Shown piece after piece: positions 43,528 through 57,768 of a stretch of DNA of 64,000 nt. The DNA is from Eledone cirrhosa (lineage: Eukaryota), in contig OZ024756.1 in the NCBI GenBank assembly GCA_964016885.1, positions 3,844,001 to 3,908,000 on the forward strand. The letters are read 5' to 3'. The notes under the pieces were generated by a model. The model was not told where the DNA came from, did no database searches, and saw only the letters and a program-made list of their open reading frames with translations. The position numbers and the translations under genes were made by a program. Every line of letters begins with the position of its first letter. Position 1 is the first letter of the stretch.

Positions 43528-43705
43528 TTGGCAGTATCGATAGAGGGTCAGACGCCATGCTTTGACGCATAGTTACGGCCCTTGCCATTCTGAGTTCAAA
43601 TCCCGCCGAGGTTAACTTTGCCTTTCATCCTTACGGGGTCGATAAAATAAAGTACCAGTAATACACTGGTATTTGCTGGCCTTGAGCCAAATGTAGAAAC
43701 AATTA
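43528..43705 (+). mobile_element. Meta-domain SINE
   Basis: Near-complete copy, in tandem with the next one. Confidence 0.85.
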
Positions 43706-43750
43706 TTTTATATTATATTATAAAATGTCATTATATATAAATAAATAAAG

Positions 43751-43939
43751 GGCGGTGGATTGGCAGTATCGGTAGAGGGTCGGACGCCATGCTTTCCAGC
43801 ATAGTTACGTCCCTTTACGATCTGAGTTCAAATCCCGCCGAGGTTGACTTTGCCTTTCATCCTTACGGGGTCGATAAAATAAAGTACCAGTAATGCACTG
43901 GGTAATTGCTGGCCTTGTGCCAAAAGTAGAAACAATTAT
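43751..43939 (+). mobile_element. Meta-domain tRNA-derived SINE, full length
   Basis: A-box tggcagtatcgg, B-box gagttcaaatcc, Meta-like gcctttcatccttacggggtcgataaaataaagtaccag. Confidence 0.85.
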
Positions 43940-44016
43940 ATATAAATAAATTATTTTATTGTGGCTAATAAAGAAATTATTATTTTACATTATAATATAT
44001 TTCAAGATATTTAATT

Positions 44017-44054
<38 letters not shown>

Positions 44055-44055
<1 letters not shown>

Positions 44056-44278
44056 GATCGATCGACTTTCGTCAAATCGGACCGAGGAAACAATGTTATG
44101 TTTCCGTCGGTCTTTCCAGTTGCTAATACTATCTATCGGTCGCAACTCCAGGTAGAAGGAACAACGTGAAATAAAGTGTCTTGCTCAAGGACATAACGCA
44201 TCGCCTGGTCCAGGAATTGAACTCACAACCTCAAGATTGTGAGTCCAATTCTCTAACCACTCAGCCACACGCCTTCAC
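44055..44278 (-). mobile_element. CORE-type SINE (short subfamily)
   Basis: Reverse complement of 5135-5360. Confidence 0.85.
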
Positions 44279-45451
44279 TATGTGTGTGAATGAGTGTATT
44301 TATGTGTGTGTGTGAATGTGTGTATGTGTGTGTGTGAATGAGTATGTATGTGTGTGTGAATGAGTGTGTGTGTGGGTGAATGAGTGATATGTGTGTGTAT
44401 GTGTGAATGAGTGTATGTATGTGTGTGTGTGTAAATGAGTGATGTATGTGTGTGTGTGTGTGAATGAGTGTATGTATGTGTGTGTGAATGAGTGATGTGT
44501 GTGTGTGGGTGTGTGAATGAGTGTGTGTATATATATATATATATATATGGAGGGAAAGATATAGAAAGTTAGATAGATTCTTGGCTAGATAGATAATTAC
44601 AGGACACTAAGTTCTTTCTTTCTCCAAGAATTTACGGATTGCTTGGCGCAGTGTTTGACATTTAACCTTTATACATCGAGTGCCAAATTTGTAGGGCGTA
44701 AACACTTGCTGTTATAAGAGATGGGTCAGTACGTAGAGAGGAAGATTCTGGAATCTGAGCCCGAAAGTTCCACCAAACACAGAATATAGAAAAATAAATA
44801 AGATGTAAATTGAGCGAGAGAGTAAGAGATTGGTTCGGGAGAGAGGATTAGATTTAAGGGGTAACGAGGGAGGGTGGGATGTAGGAGAAAAGGGGGTGGA
44901 GAGAATTAGAGAGAATGATATGGGGATACTTATAGAAAGAAGAAAATTGAGAAAGTTTAAGGAAGGATAAAGAGTAACAAAAAAGAAGGTTAGAGGGAAA
45001 ATGTGATAGAAAGATGGATGCTGCAGCCGGCTTGATAAGGAAACCTATTTTCAGGTTTTGTCTTGAATTTCTTACACACACACACAGATACAAACATACA
45101 AACATATATACATATTCATACAAACATATATACATATTCATACAAACATATATACATATTCATACAAACATACATACATATTCATACACACCTACATCCA
45201 TACATACACACACACACACAAATATATATATATATATATATAATATATATATATATATACCACTGGCGAAGTTTTCTGATCATGATTCACAGCTCAAACA
45301 AATTCTGTTCACCAATTACTGTTTTCGGAGACATATATAGGAATTTTTTGGAAGAATTTTTCAGAATAATTTTGAATTTTATCTGTTTCTGTTTCTGTCT
45401 TGATGATTTTGGGTACAGCAAAAAGAGCGGACAAATATATATATATATATT

Positions 45452-45665
45452 AAAATAACAGATTAAAGTTTAAGCAAAGAATCGTTGCTTTCACTCTTAA
45501 CGGGATCTTCTGATGATCCCGTTAAGGGTGAAAGCAACAATTCTTTGCTTAAACTTTAATTTGTTATTTTAATAAATATTTGCTCTAGGGTTCTTGTATA
45601 TTTGGTATATATTTATCCTTATCGAGCCCTCTTTGGATTTTAGTCTTCACATTTATTATTATTAC

Positions 45666-45667
<2 letters not shown>
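45452..45667 (+). mobile_element. PLE-like fold-back remnant with tail
   Basis: Palindrome 45452-45571 centred on CTGATGA-tccc-gttaa-gggt-GAAA; tail stem-loop 45582-45627. Confidence 0.75.
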
Positions 45668-45720
<53 letters not shown>

Positions 45721-46317
45721 CAATAATAATGAGTTCAATATAATATTATTATTAGTATATTTCTATCTAGCTAACTTGGTCATTTACAATACAAACATAA
45801 ATATGAGGATATTTGTGTTTATCAAATATATTGATTTACATTAACCTATATATATATATTCAAAACAACAAACAGCGGAGGACGCGTTTCGCACCTGTCC
45901 GGCAGACAACCTTTACTCCGGAAAAAAACTCCAGTTGATGGATGTGAATCCGAAATATATAGGGACTATTAAATCTCTCCCAAGGTAACTCTCTCTTGTG
46001 TTGTTATTTTTATTTTATCCTTTATACTCTTCCCTTCTTCCTTCTACACATTTACACATCTTTACACACCACGCATCTCAACGTACACCCACTTACATCT
46101 CTCTCTCCACCACCGGATCTTGTTACCCGGAGATTTACCCATTTGCATTGTCGAGGCTTCCAAACGACTTAAAGATATTTATTTATTATTCCACAATGCT
46201 TCAAGCAAACTTCAATACTCTCTTATATATATATATATATTAAAATAACAGATTAAAGTTTAAGCAAAGAATCGCTGCTTTCACCCTTAACGGGATCTTC
46301 TGAAACTATATTATGTT

Positions 46318-46354
<37 letters not shown>

Positions 46355-46358
<4 letters not shown>

Positions 46359-46582
46359 CATATTAATTTAAGAATGCAAATAATAACAATGTCAAGTAAA
46401 ATAACTTGACTTTGTTATTATTTTCATTGTTAAATTAACAACTAATATCTGACTCTGTGTCTAAGGAATTATCTCAGCGGAACACGGAACCTATCTATGG
46501 ATTTCACTGGATTACTTGATATCAGATTACATTGAGTTCTATCTACGGTACGGATCCTACCACGAATGGTAGACCACATTGA

Positions 46583-46585
<3 letters not shown>
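46355..46585 (+). mobile_element. PLE-like fold-back remnant with tail, hammerhead not retained
   Basis: Arms about 46361-46401 and 46408-46438; stem-loop actc-T-gtg...tac-ATT-gagt at 46452-46537; (TA)n flanks. Confidence 0.55.
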
Positions 46586-46661
<76 letters not shown>

Positions 46662-46705
46662 CAATGATATTAAATAAATGGAAACTATATTTATAAAACC
46701 TTATT

Positions 46706-46765
46706 TATTCTATTATATATATTTCAAGGGTACCAAATTTTCGTACGCTATCATCAGATAAAATA
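46706..46765 (-). ncRNA. Minimal type I hammerhead ribozyme
   Basis: tattttat-CTGATGA-stem II-GAA-ATATATAT-A-atagaata; same family as 48669. Confidence 0.75.
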
Positions 46766-47232
46766 CGAAGTGTGTTTTATAAACTTTGACATAACCAAGG
46801 AGAATATACCTTAACGGTTCAAGTTATCCCTGGATAGTGAAGGGAAAAGAGAAGAAAAGTCAGATATTTCAAATTATTAAAATAGTATGCAAATGAGGTT
46901 TCGGTAAAAGGGCTGAAAAAAAAACGTTATTTTAGACGCTATGGAAAATTTAAATAATTATAAGTTATGCGTAGGAAAGAAGAGAAAGGAAAGAGAGCTA
47001 GCATTTACGTTAATTTGGGGGAAAAGATTTAACTATATTATGAATTATAATATTGTATATATATAATCAATTAGATTATATGAAGAATTATGGCTGTAAG
47101 TATTTTTATCTTATTACATTACGATAGGTTATATGTATATACATATCAACTGTTGAGTGCTTTGAATCAGTTATAAACATTTATATTTGTTGAATTACCA
47201 ACAAATTGAATATCCTCCTGCTTATATGTGTG

Positions 47233-47276
<44 letters not shown>

Positions 47277-47299
47277 TATACATATATATATATATATAC

Positions 47300-47360
<61 letters not shown>

Positions 47361-47390
47361 CATATATATATATATACATACATACATAAC

Positions 47391-47575
47391 TATTTCTACT
47401 TTAGGCACAAGGCCAGCAATTACCCGGTGCATTACTGGTACTTTATTTTATCGACCCCGTAAGGATGAAAGGCAAAGTTAACCTTGGCGGGATTTGAACT
47501 CAGACTGTAAAGGGACGTAACTATGCTAGAAAGCATGGTGTCCGACCCTCTACCGATACTGCCAATCCACCGTCC
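47391..47575 (-). mobile_element. Meta-domain SINE, full length
   Basis: Reverse complement of 43751-43939. Confidence 0.85.
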
Positions 47576-47705
47576 TATACTTACATACATAACGGCGATG
47601 AATTAGTTTTGCGAGGTTTTTGATAGGAAATCGTGTGTCGAAACAAATATTGTTATTCATAAAGATGGCGTAGAAAATACAATGCAACGGGAGGAAAAAA
47701 TAGCA

Positions 47706-47746
47706 CCACTGACGATGTTGCAGATGTGCAACGAAAGAATTTTGAT
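47706..47746 (+). ncRNA. Hammerhead-like core (related copies at 4048 and 48363)
   Basis: CTGACGA-t-gttgca-gatg-tgcaac-GAAAG; at 48366 CTGATGA-t-gtcaca-gatg-tgtgat-GAAAG; stem II covaries, stem I weak. Confidence 0.55.
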
Positions 47747-47954
47747 AAACTATATATATGTGTTTGTGTCTATATTGTATCTGTATTATTTTTGACCGTT
47801 GGTCAGTCAATGGCAACATTGAGGACCGAATATATTAGATTATCGATATAAAAGATACAGAAGCGAAAACCAACCAAACAGTAAGTGTGTTCTGTTATTA
47901 ATTCTGGCAATATTACACAAATATGACCCTCCCCAAGTATAAAAATATATATAC

Positions 47955-48010
<56 letters not shown>

Positions 48011-48012
<2 letters not shown>

Positions 48013-48090
48013 CGAAGGAGTTGTGGCTTTAGTCCAGAAATAGTCGTCGAAACGGCTTGAGCTCTGCCGTCGGGCTCATACTTTCTCCTA
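48011..48090. mobile_element. 80-bp collapsed relative of the 20550-22408 PLE
   Basis: aacgaagga..tgtgg (tail end) joined to tttagtccagaa..gtcgaaacggcttgagctc...ccta; (TA)n flanks. Confidence 0.7.
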
Positions 48091-48404
48091 TATATATATA
48101 AAAGAGGCGTGGGGAGAGAATAAGAATTGCAGATTTTTGTGTAACTTTATTTCTTATTACAATTATTTCAATGAAATAAAGTTTCACAAAAAGCTGTAAT
48201 TGTCAGTGTCACTTATACACACTCTGCAAACTACAGTTGTCTTAAACATGGAGCACACACCAAAGAGAGACGGACCACCACAACAGCATCGAATGCTTCG
48301 ACCAGTGTCACCGCTAATAACCACATATTACATAATAGATACACACACATGGAGACATAGTACCACTGATGATGTCACAGATGTGTGATGAAAGAACTTT
48401 GATT

Positions 48405-48445
<41 letters not shown>

Positions 48446-48447
<2 letters not shown>

Positions 48448-48773
48448 AAAGTTCTATCTAAAATTGTTGGGATACAACAAGTAAATATTTTATAACTGAT
48501 ATAAAACGCTCGACAAGTTTTTGGAGTAGATATACGATATTAAATAAATGGAAACTATATTTATAAAACCATATTTATTTCATTATACATATTTCAGACA
48601 GCTTTCAAAAATAATGGTTGCATTTAATAGGGTACGTCAAACTTATTTATAAAACTGTTTATATATTGTATTTTGTCTGATGAAGGCATACCATATTTTA
48701 ATTTGGTATCCCTGAAATATGTATAATGAAATAAATATGGTTTTATAAATATAGTTTCCATTTATTTAATATC

Positions 48774-48776
<3 letters not shown>
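48446..48776. mobile_element. PLE-like fold-back remnant
   Basis: Arms 48533-48597 and 48712-48776; minus-strand tail with stem-loop at 48508-48527. Confidence 0.75.
48669..48733 (+). ncRNA. Minimal type I hammerhead ribozyme
   Basis: tattttgt-CTGATGA-agg.atacca/tggtat.cct-GAA-ATATGTAT-A-atgaaata. Confidence 0.8.
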
Positions 48777-48867
<91 letters not shown>

Positions 48868-48924
48868 CTGTGTGTGTGTGTATATATATATATAGAGAGA
48901 GAGAGATGTATCTATGTGTGTGTG

Positions 48925-48955
<31 letters not shown>

Positions 48956-49666
48956 TGTGTGTGTGTATAAACTCCACCCCTCTCCGGAGCGGAAGAAAGT
49001 TTTGACATGATTTTTTTTTTTAAAGTTGCGCGTTTGTATTTCTGGCAATCGACCAATTACATTGTAATTGGTATTATAAGACAGCCATATCATTGCAAGC
49101 AGGTGAACACACTCATATGATATTAAGTAGCATGCAATTTCCGTTCTTACGTCATTGAAGAAACGTATAATTCTCCCCTGCGTCGACACTATTTCACTTT
49201 GGAATCAAACTCTCGTGCTGAAGGCTGAACATGGTTTACGTCTGCATTAACTACATTCCAATAATCCGATATATGACGGCTAATATACATACATACTCAC
49301 AACAAATATACTTTAATAAATATAAATATATTTTTAAAAATATTTACATTTCGAAACACAAGTTACTTCTCCTGAATAACAATAATACCAATTTTATTGT
49401 GAGATTATTATCGCCTCCATTGCAGCGTCATGAGATCTTATTTGTAAAATAACGTCGGCCATCTTATTTCTTGCCTGAACGATAAGCAACACTAGTATAG
49501 ATAGTCACTTTGAGTTATGCCAGGATATGCTTTGAAACCATAGGTAGCGAGTGCTGAGAAATGATTTACACACGCTCACACGAATATATATATATGTGTG
49601 TGCATAAATGTATATATGTACATGAATTTATATATATGTATACATACATAATATATATGTATACGT

Positions 49667-49705
<39 letters not shown>

Positions 49706-49760
49706 GTATACGTAGATAAAATGTTTTTATACGTACATATTTATGTATATGTGTATATAC

Positions 49761-49825
<65 letters not shown>

Positions 49826-50289
49826 CATGCCTATGTATATATACGTGTAGGTACATATATATATGAGTATACATCCATACATAAATATTATATACGTTAT
49901 TATTTTAATAATAATACTAATACTAAGTCATATATGTGTTTTCTAGGCTAATTACCAATTATGAAGTAATGTCAACAAGCCGTGTCAGAAAGGTCATAAT
50001 ATTTGATAAATTATAAACATTACTTCTGTCGGGGTCAGAAATTCTAACAGATTTCAGTTGAAGCTGTTGAGAGAAAGAGGGGGGGCCGTAGAGAGAGGGG
50101 ATGGAGAGCGGGGATGGAGAGATGGAGACAGTAATAATATATGACAACCACACCTAGATCAACCCTTAACTTACTTCTCCCATCTGGTCTTATACACTTT
50201 CTTTTAATTTTTAAACTCCTTTTCTCCTTTTAACTTTATCTTTGTTGTTTTGTTTTCATATTTTTTCTCATTGAATTAAATTCTTCTCA

Positions 50290-50950
50290 ACCTTATTCTC
50301 TTTCTATATTTGCTCTTTCTTTTACTTTTTCTTTCTCTCTCTCTCTTTCTTTTGCTTTTTCTTTCTCTTTCTTTTGCGTTTTCTTTCTCCCTCTTTCTCT
50401 CTCTTTTTCTCTCTCTTTTCTCTCTCTCTCTCTCTTTTCTCTCCCCTCCTATCTCTCTCTGTCTCTCTCTTTTCTCTCTCTCTCTTTTCTCTCTCTTTCT
50501 TTCCATCCCACTTTCTTTATTTTTCATTCACTGTTCCTTTCTTTCGTTATTTCATTCTAGTCAACTCTTATTTATATATTTTATTTATTTTATTTATTTA
50601 TCTATTACTTACAATCGTTCTTTCAATCAAACTTAATTTCTGTCTTTCTTCCTTTCACACTATTTTACTCTACCAAACTTTTCTTCTTCTTCTTTACTTT
50701 TCTTTTTCTTTTCTCCTTATACTTTTCTTCTTTTTCTTTTCTTCTTTTTCTTTTTTTTCTTTTCTTTTTTTCTTTCTTTTTCTTTTCTTCTTTTCTTTTC
50801 TCCTTTTTCTTTTCTTCTCCTTTACTTTTCTCCTTTACTTTTCTCCTTTTCTCCTCCTCCTTTTTCTTTTCTCCTTTTTCTTTTCTCCTTTTCTCCTCCT
50901 CCTTCTTTTTCTTCTTCCATCTTTCATTCACACCCGCCTCTCCTTCTCTT
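50290..50950. repeat. CT-rich low-complexity tract
   Basis: Read directly. Confidence 0.9.
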
Positions 50951-51064
50951 TCATTCTACAGAAATATATGAGAAATTGTGTTTATTTAAGAATATAAATT
51001 TACACGAAATTTACAAGTACCAGGATATAGATATAGTTATTGTAGATATAGCTATCATATATAT

Positions 51065-51244
51065 AGCTATTATATATATGTAAGGGTGTGTATATGTATA
51101 GGGTGTATAGTTATTATATATATGTAAGGGTGTGTATATGCATAGGGTGTATAGTTATTATATATATATGACGGTGTGTATGTGCAAAGGATGTATAGTT
51201 ATATATATATATATGTGAGGGTGTGTATATGCAAAGGATATATA

Positions 51245-51298
<54 letters not shown>

Positions 51299-51587
51299 AG
51301 GGTGTGTATATACATAGGGTATATAGTTATTATATATATGTGAGGGTGTGTATATGCAAAGGATGTATAGTTATGTGTATATGCAAAGGATATATAGTTG
51401 TATATATATATATGAGGGTCTGTGTATATGCAAAGGATGTATAGTTATATATATATATATATATATATGAAAGGGTGTGTATATACATAGGGTATATAGT
51501 TATATAGGTGAGGGTGTGTATAATCATAGGGTGTATAGTTATATATATATGTGAGGATGTGTATATGCAAAGGATGTATAGTTATAT
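51065..51587. repeat. Minisatellite (TA)n-tgtgagggtgtgtatatgcaaaggatgtatagtta
   Basis: About 12 variable units. Confidence 0.85.
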
Positions 51588-51728
51588 ACACACATGCACA
51601 CATACACACATACACACACACACACACATATACACACATACACACACACACACACATACGCACACATTCATACACACATACATACATACATACATACATA
51701 CATACATACATACATACATACATACATA

Positions 51729-52236
51729 CATGGTGGCCGCCAACTCGTTTTCGAGTACGGCCACTACTTTATATCCATGTAGGAGAACTCCTACCGATGC
51801 GCTGAACGAGAGTGACATTTTAGTCCAGGCAGCGACTTAAAAACTCTAGTACAAACACTACAATTGTGACAATTATTGACACATAGTGCTGGGCCCATGG
51901 TACCATGTGACGACAAGTGCAGAGAGATCTCCAGATATAAAGCAATGCATGTGCCGTGAAGCTTTTATAGTGACCAAAGGCACTGCACAAAACCAGTCCC
52001 ACTCTCTTAACCAAGATGATATTTAAAAAAAGAAGAACAAGACAGCATCATTGGATACCATCAGGGTTGCAGGTGTTACATCAGAGTTTTCCTTCTCCTA
52101 GAATTCTGCCTTGACAAAGGCTAAGGGGTCATCTCTCCCGGTGATTATGGATGGCGATTGACTCTTAAGAGCTCCTTTGCAAGGTTTCTTGGTGGGGAGG
52201 GTGACTTTGGACATCCTGCAGGACTAAAAACAAAAC
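51729..52236 (-). mobile_element. Bipartite RTE derivative with 5' inversion
   Basis: 51729-52180 in minus orientation, 52181-52236 in plus orientation; (CATA)n on both sides. Confidence 0.8.
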
Positions 52237-52691
52237 ATACATACATACATACATTCATACATACATACACACACATATATATATATATTATGAGGATGTG
52301 TACATGCTTCTGAATATATGTGAGGATATGTATGTGGTTATGAATGCCAATGTGTGTGTGTGTGTGAATATGAATGCTAATGGTAATTTACATGTATGTA
52401 TATGCGTATATATGTATGTGTGCGTTTGTATATGGATTGTGGGAAGGAATGCTAGTGGGAATTTACATGTGTGTGTTTGCATATAGATGTGTGTGTGTGT
52501 GCGTGTGCCTGAATATGAATGGGAATGTGTGTGTGGGGGGGAGGGATTGTAGGTATTTACATATGTTGCGTGTGGATGTAAGTGTTGTGTAATATTATGT
52601 GATATTGCACGTATCTGTGGGGATATGTGTGTGTGTGAATTTCCATGCGTGTTTTTGAGTGCGAGTAAAAAAGCGAGTGTCTTTTTCTTAT

Positions 52692-53010
52692 GTGGTGGTG
52701 GTGGTGGTGGTGTTAGTGGTGGTGGTGATTGTGGTGGTGTTAGTAGTGTTGGTGGTGGTTGTGTTAGTGGCTGTGGTGATATTGGTGGTGGTAGTGGTTG
52801 TGCTGGTGGTGGTTTTAGTGGTTGTGGTGGTTGTGGTGGTGGTGTTAGTGGTGGTGGTGGTGGTGTTAGTGGTTGTGGTGGTGGTGGTGGTGTTAGTGGT
52901 TGTGGTGATATTAGTGGTGGTGGTTGTGGTGGTCGTGGTGGTGTTAATGGTGGTGGGGGTGGGGGTGGTAGTGCTGGTGGTGGTGTTAGTGGATGTGGTG
53001 GTGGTGGTGA
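52692..53010. repeat. (GGT)n-derived microsatellite
   Basis: Read directly. Confidence 0.95.
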
Positions 53011-53470
53011 TACTACATGCTGGACCTTTCAAATCCAGTTCTTCGGAGTCCCGATAGTTTGATTTGCCTTCTAGTATGTTCTACATCGTACTATAATATT
53101 CTACAATCTAGTACTAATGTTCTACATTCTTCTATAATATCTCTACGGTTTAGTATGCTCAGCCACTTACGCGTTAATTATTCCTCTTTAACACTAAATA
53201 TTTCAAGTCAAATATAAAGAAAAAAGTATGGAAATACGATAAAAAAATTTCTAAAATATATCAAAGTTGTTCTAATTCGTGAGGAAGATGGTGAGATGGA
53301 TCTAGAACATAGAGGCGAGAAATATATGGTGGTATAACTACTATTAATTAGTCAATATATCGATCTCTCATATACCAATCAACCCTCTGAAACGATCGTA
53401 AAACAATGAAATTAAGCACATATCTTCGCCTTTTGTTTTATTTTCATTCTTCTAAACATGTAATATAATT

Positions 53471-53675
53471 ATTCTTGCTATAGGTACAAGGATAGTAGTT
53501 TTAGGTTAGGGGAAAGTCGGATTAATTCGAGCCCAGGGCATTACTGGTACTTTATTTCATCGACCCTATAAGAATGAAAGGCAAAGTTAACCTCTGTGGG
53601 ATTTGAACTCAGAACGTAAAAAGATGTAACTCTGTGCCAAGCATGGTATCCTACGCTCTACCGATACTGTCCATC
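53471..53675 (-). mobile_element. Meta-domain SINE, diverged
   Basis: ctggtactttatttcatcgaccc...atgaaaggcaaag. Confidence 0.75.
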
Positions 53676-53879
53676 ATTCCTATATCATTTACGGTTATTG
53701 CCGAATATTGCCGATTGTTTTACGGAGATTGACGGATGTGTTACCATAAATTTAAAGATTACCATCTTGGACGATCCTGTGAAGTTAAAGAAATCAACGA
53801 TTTGAACTTTCTTTTAAACTCTGTTCCACAACAGATCACTTTATTCACAACACCTGACACAGTAAGAGTGCGTATGCTT

Positions 53880-54540
53880 GCATACATACATACACACACA
53901 CAACACACACATACATACATACATACGTATACACACATTACATACATACACATGAAATAAATGCATACACACACATACACACATACATACGCACACATAA
54001 GCACACATGCAACACGCATATACACACACAAACATGCATCAAATACACATACGCACATAAACGCACAACACACACAACACCACACATACAACACACACAC
54101 ACGCACAACACAAACACACGCACACACCATACGCACACAACACACACGCACAGCACACACGCACACAACACACCACAAAGTACACACATACACACCACAC
54201 ACATACACAACACACACACACACAACACACAACACACACCACACACAACACAACACAACACACACACACACACACACAACACACCAAACAGAGACACACA
54301 CACACACAACACACCAAACAGAGACACACACAACACACACACCACACACTCACAACACACATACACATCACACAACACACACATCACACATATACACAAC
54401 ACACACACACACACACCACACACTCACACACACACACAACACACCAAACAGAGACACACACAACACACACACCACACTCACAACACACAATTACTTACAC
54501 TAACACACAACGTACATAGACACACACACACACTCACACA
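53880..54540. repeat. (CA)n-derived tract
   Basis: Read directly. Confidence 0.9.
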
Positions 54541-54704
54541 TATTTTACTCTCATATCTACTTCCTCTTCCACCTTTCCAATTTTTCTTCCAGTCCACCTC
54601 CTCCTCCTTTATTTTAGCTATCTCCTACTCCTCACACTGTTCCTCACATTAAACCACACCTCGCCCTTTCTCTATTCACCACCATTTCACCTCACCATCT
54701 CCCC

Positions 54705-55610
54705 CTACCCCTTTTCACTATCATCTCTCCCTCCTCCTCTTCACCACCATCTCTCACTCCCCCCTCTTCACCATCATCTCTCCCTCCCTCTCTTCACCAT
54801 CATCTCTCCCTCCCTCTCATCACCATCATCTCTCCCTCCCTCTCTTCACCACCATCTCTCCCTCCCCCTCTTCACTATCATCTCTCCCTCCCCCTCTTCA
54901 CCACCATCTCTCCCTCCCCCTCTTCACCACCATCTCTCCCTCCCCCTCTTCACCACCATCTCTCCCTCCTCCTCTTCACCATCATCTCTCCCTCCACCTC
55001 TTCACTATCATCTCCCCCTCCCTCTCTTCACCACCATCTCTCCCTCCCCCTCTTCACCACCATCTCTCCCTCCCTCTCTTCACCTCCATCTCTCCCTCCC
55101 TCTCTTCACCACCATCTCTCCCTTCCCCTCTTCCTCACCATCTCCCCCCCTCTTCACCACCTCCCCCCTCTTCACCACCATCTCTCCCTCCCTCTCTTCA
55201 CCACCATCTCTCCCTCCCCCTCTTCACCACCATCTCTCCTTCCCTCTCTTCACCACCATCTCTCCCTCCTTCTCTTCACCACCATCTCTCCCTCCTTCTC
55301 TTCACCACCATCTTTCCCTCCTTCTCTTCACTATCATCTGTCCCTCCCTCTCTTCACCACCATCTCTCCCTTCCCCTCTTCCTCACCATCTCCCCCCCTC
55401 TTCACCCCCCCTCTTCACCACCATCTCTCCCTCCCTCTCTTCACCACCATCTCTCCCTCCCCCTCTTCACCACCATCTCTCCTTCCCTCTCTTCACTACC
55501 ATCTCTCCCTCCTTCTCTTCACCACCATCTTTCCCTCCTTCTCTTCACTATCATCTCTCCCTCCCTCTCTTCACCACCATCTCTCCCTCCCTCTTTTCAC
55601 CTCCATATCC
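54705..55610. repeat. 26-bp minisatellite ctcttcaccaccatctctccctcccc
   Basis: Read directly. Confidence 0.95.
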
Positions 55611-55685
55611 CCCTCTTCCCATTTTACTCCCAGTTTTCTACTCTACATTCCACAGTACTAGTCTTAACCAACCAGCTTCACTTAA

Positions 55686-55689
<4 letters not shown>

Positions 55690-55737
<48 letters not shown>

Positions 55738-56088
55738 CACACACAGGCACACACACATAGACACTCACACTCTCGCACTCACACACACACATCTCGCTTT
55801 CTCGTACATTCACACTGTTGCACACATAGACGCTCGCATACATACACACATAGACGCTCGCACACATACGCACATATAACTTCTCGCACATACAACCATT
55901 CACACATACACACACATACACTCTCACACATACGCACATACACTCGCACACACACTCACACATACTCATGCACACACGCACCCAACACATCGACACAGAC
56001 ACATGTATACACATGCACACACACACACAAACACACACACAACACCCTCTGTCATGCCATTTCTCTAATATAAACATTTTCATCTCAA

Positions 56089-56137
<49 letters not shown>

Positions 56138-57345
56138 GTATGGATACGTACACACATATATATGTGTGTACGTGTACATATGTGTGTACGTGTACACACA
56201 TATATATGTACACCTACACACATACATGTACATATATACACATACACACATACATGTACACACATATACATGTACACGTATACACATATACATACATACA
56301 CATTCCGACACACACACATTTAAAGAAGCACTTTTACTTAAATCTAGGATTCCATATGCTTTTACAGATACATACACATAAGATTTCTGAACACACACAC
56401 ACACACATACACACTATACAATGCACACACGCACATAACATACATACACATATACACACAATACACTATAACACGCACTTTTAATACAGACCTAAAAACA
56501 CACTCACATACTCTTACAAATACACGCACACATCTAGTCACACATACACACCCACTCAAACACACACCTACTCAGACACGCACATACACACCCACTCAAA
56601 CACACTTACTCAGATACCCACATACACACCTACTCACACATACATACACACCTACTCACACATATTCACATACACATACACACCTACTGAAACATACACG
56701 TACACATATACTCATACACATACACCTACTCACACACATACACACACATATACACACCTACTCACATCTCACACACACATACACACCTACTCCCATACTC
56801 AACCATAATTTCCTCTATAGACTCCCCCTTCTCCATTTTCCTTCTTCATAAACGCTCTCTCTTTTCCTCAAATCTCTCACTCACTCTCTCTCTCAAATCT
56901 CTCTCTGTCTCTCAAATATCTCTCTCTCTCTCAAATCTCTCTCTGTCTCTCAAATATCTCTCTCTCAAATCTCTCTCTGTCTCTCAAATCTCTCTCTGTC
57001 TCTCAAATCTCTCTCTCTCTCTCTCTTACTCAAATCTCTCACTCTCTCTCACTTAATCTCTTTCTCTCTCTCGCTCCCAATGATCAAAAGTCGCCACCAC
57101 TACCGCTACCACCACCACTCCCACCACTACCTCTACCACTACCATTAACACCACAACTACCATCACCACCACTAACACCATCACCATCACTACTACCACC
57201 ATCTCTACCACCACCTCTACCACCACCACCACCTCTACCACCATCACCATCACCACCACCACCACCATCTCTACCACCACCACCTCTACCACCACCACCA
57301 CCTCTACCACCACCACCACCTCTACCACCATCACCACCTCTACCA
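55690..57345. repeat. CA-rich, (CT)n-CAAAT and (CCA)n low-complexity tracts
   Basis: Read directly. Confidence 0.85.
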
Positions 57346-57731
57346 GGTCGCAGTCTAATGAATAAAACCAGTAAAAGTAAAAAAAAATAACGAATAGAAG
57401 AGTAACAAAATATATTTACATATTGCAATAAAAATGTCATCCCTGCACAGATGAACATAGAAATACACAGACAAGTGTGTGTAGCAACGATCGTGTGATA
57501 CAGAAACCTGATACAGTAAATTGATGTTTCAAGGAGAATATCTAGAGTTACATTTCGTTAAAATCACACATACTTAAAATTTTATTTTAAAAACATTTGA
57601 AACATTTAAATTTGGTGAAACATGAATCTACTTAGGTTTTTGAATAAAAAATTGTGTGATCGATAAAGTAAATAGAATCTTTAGACTGTGAAAGTAATTT
57701 AATGAGCATATGCAAAAATATGTATGCAAGT

Positions 57732-57768
<37 letters not shown>

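Noticed and set aside
52625-53062. Gly-rich and Thr-rich (mucin-like) ORFs
   Set aside because: Explained by a (GGT)n microsatellite; no convincing splice or domain support
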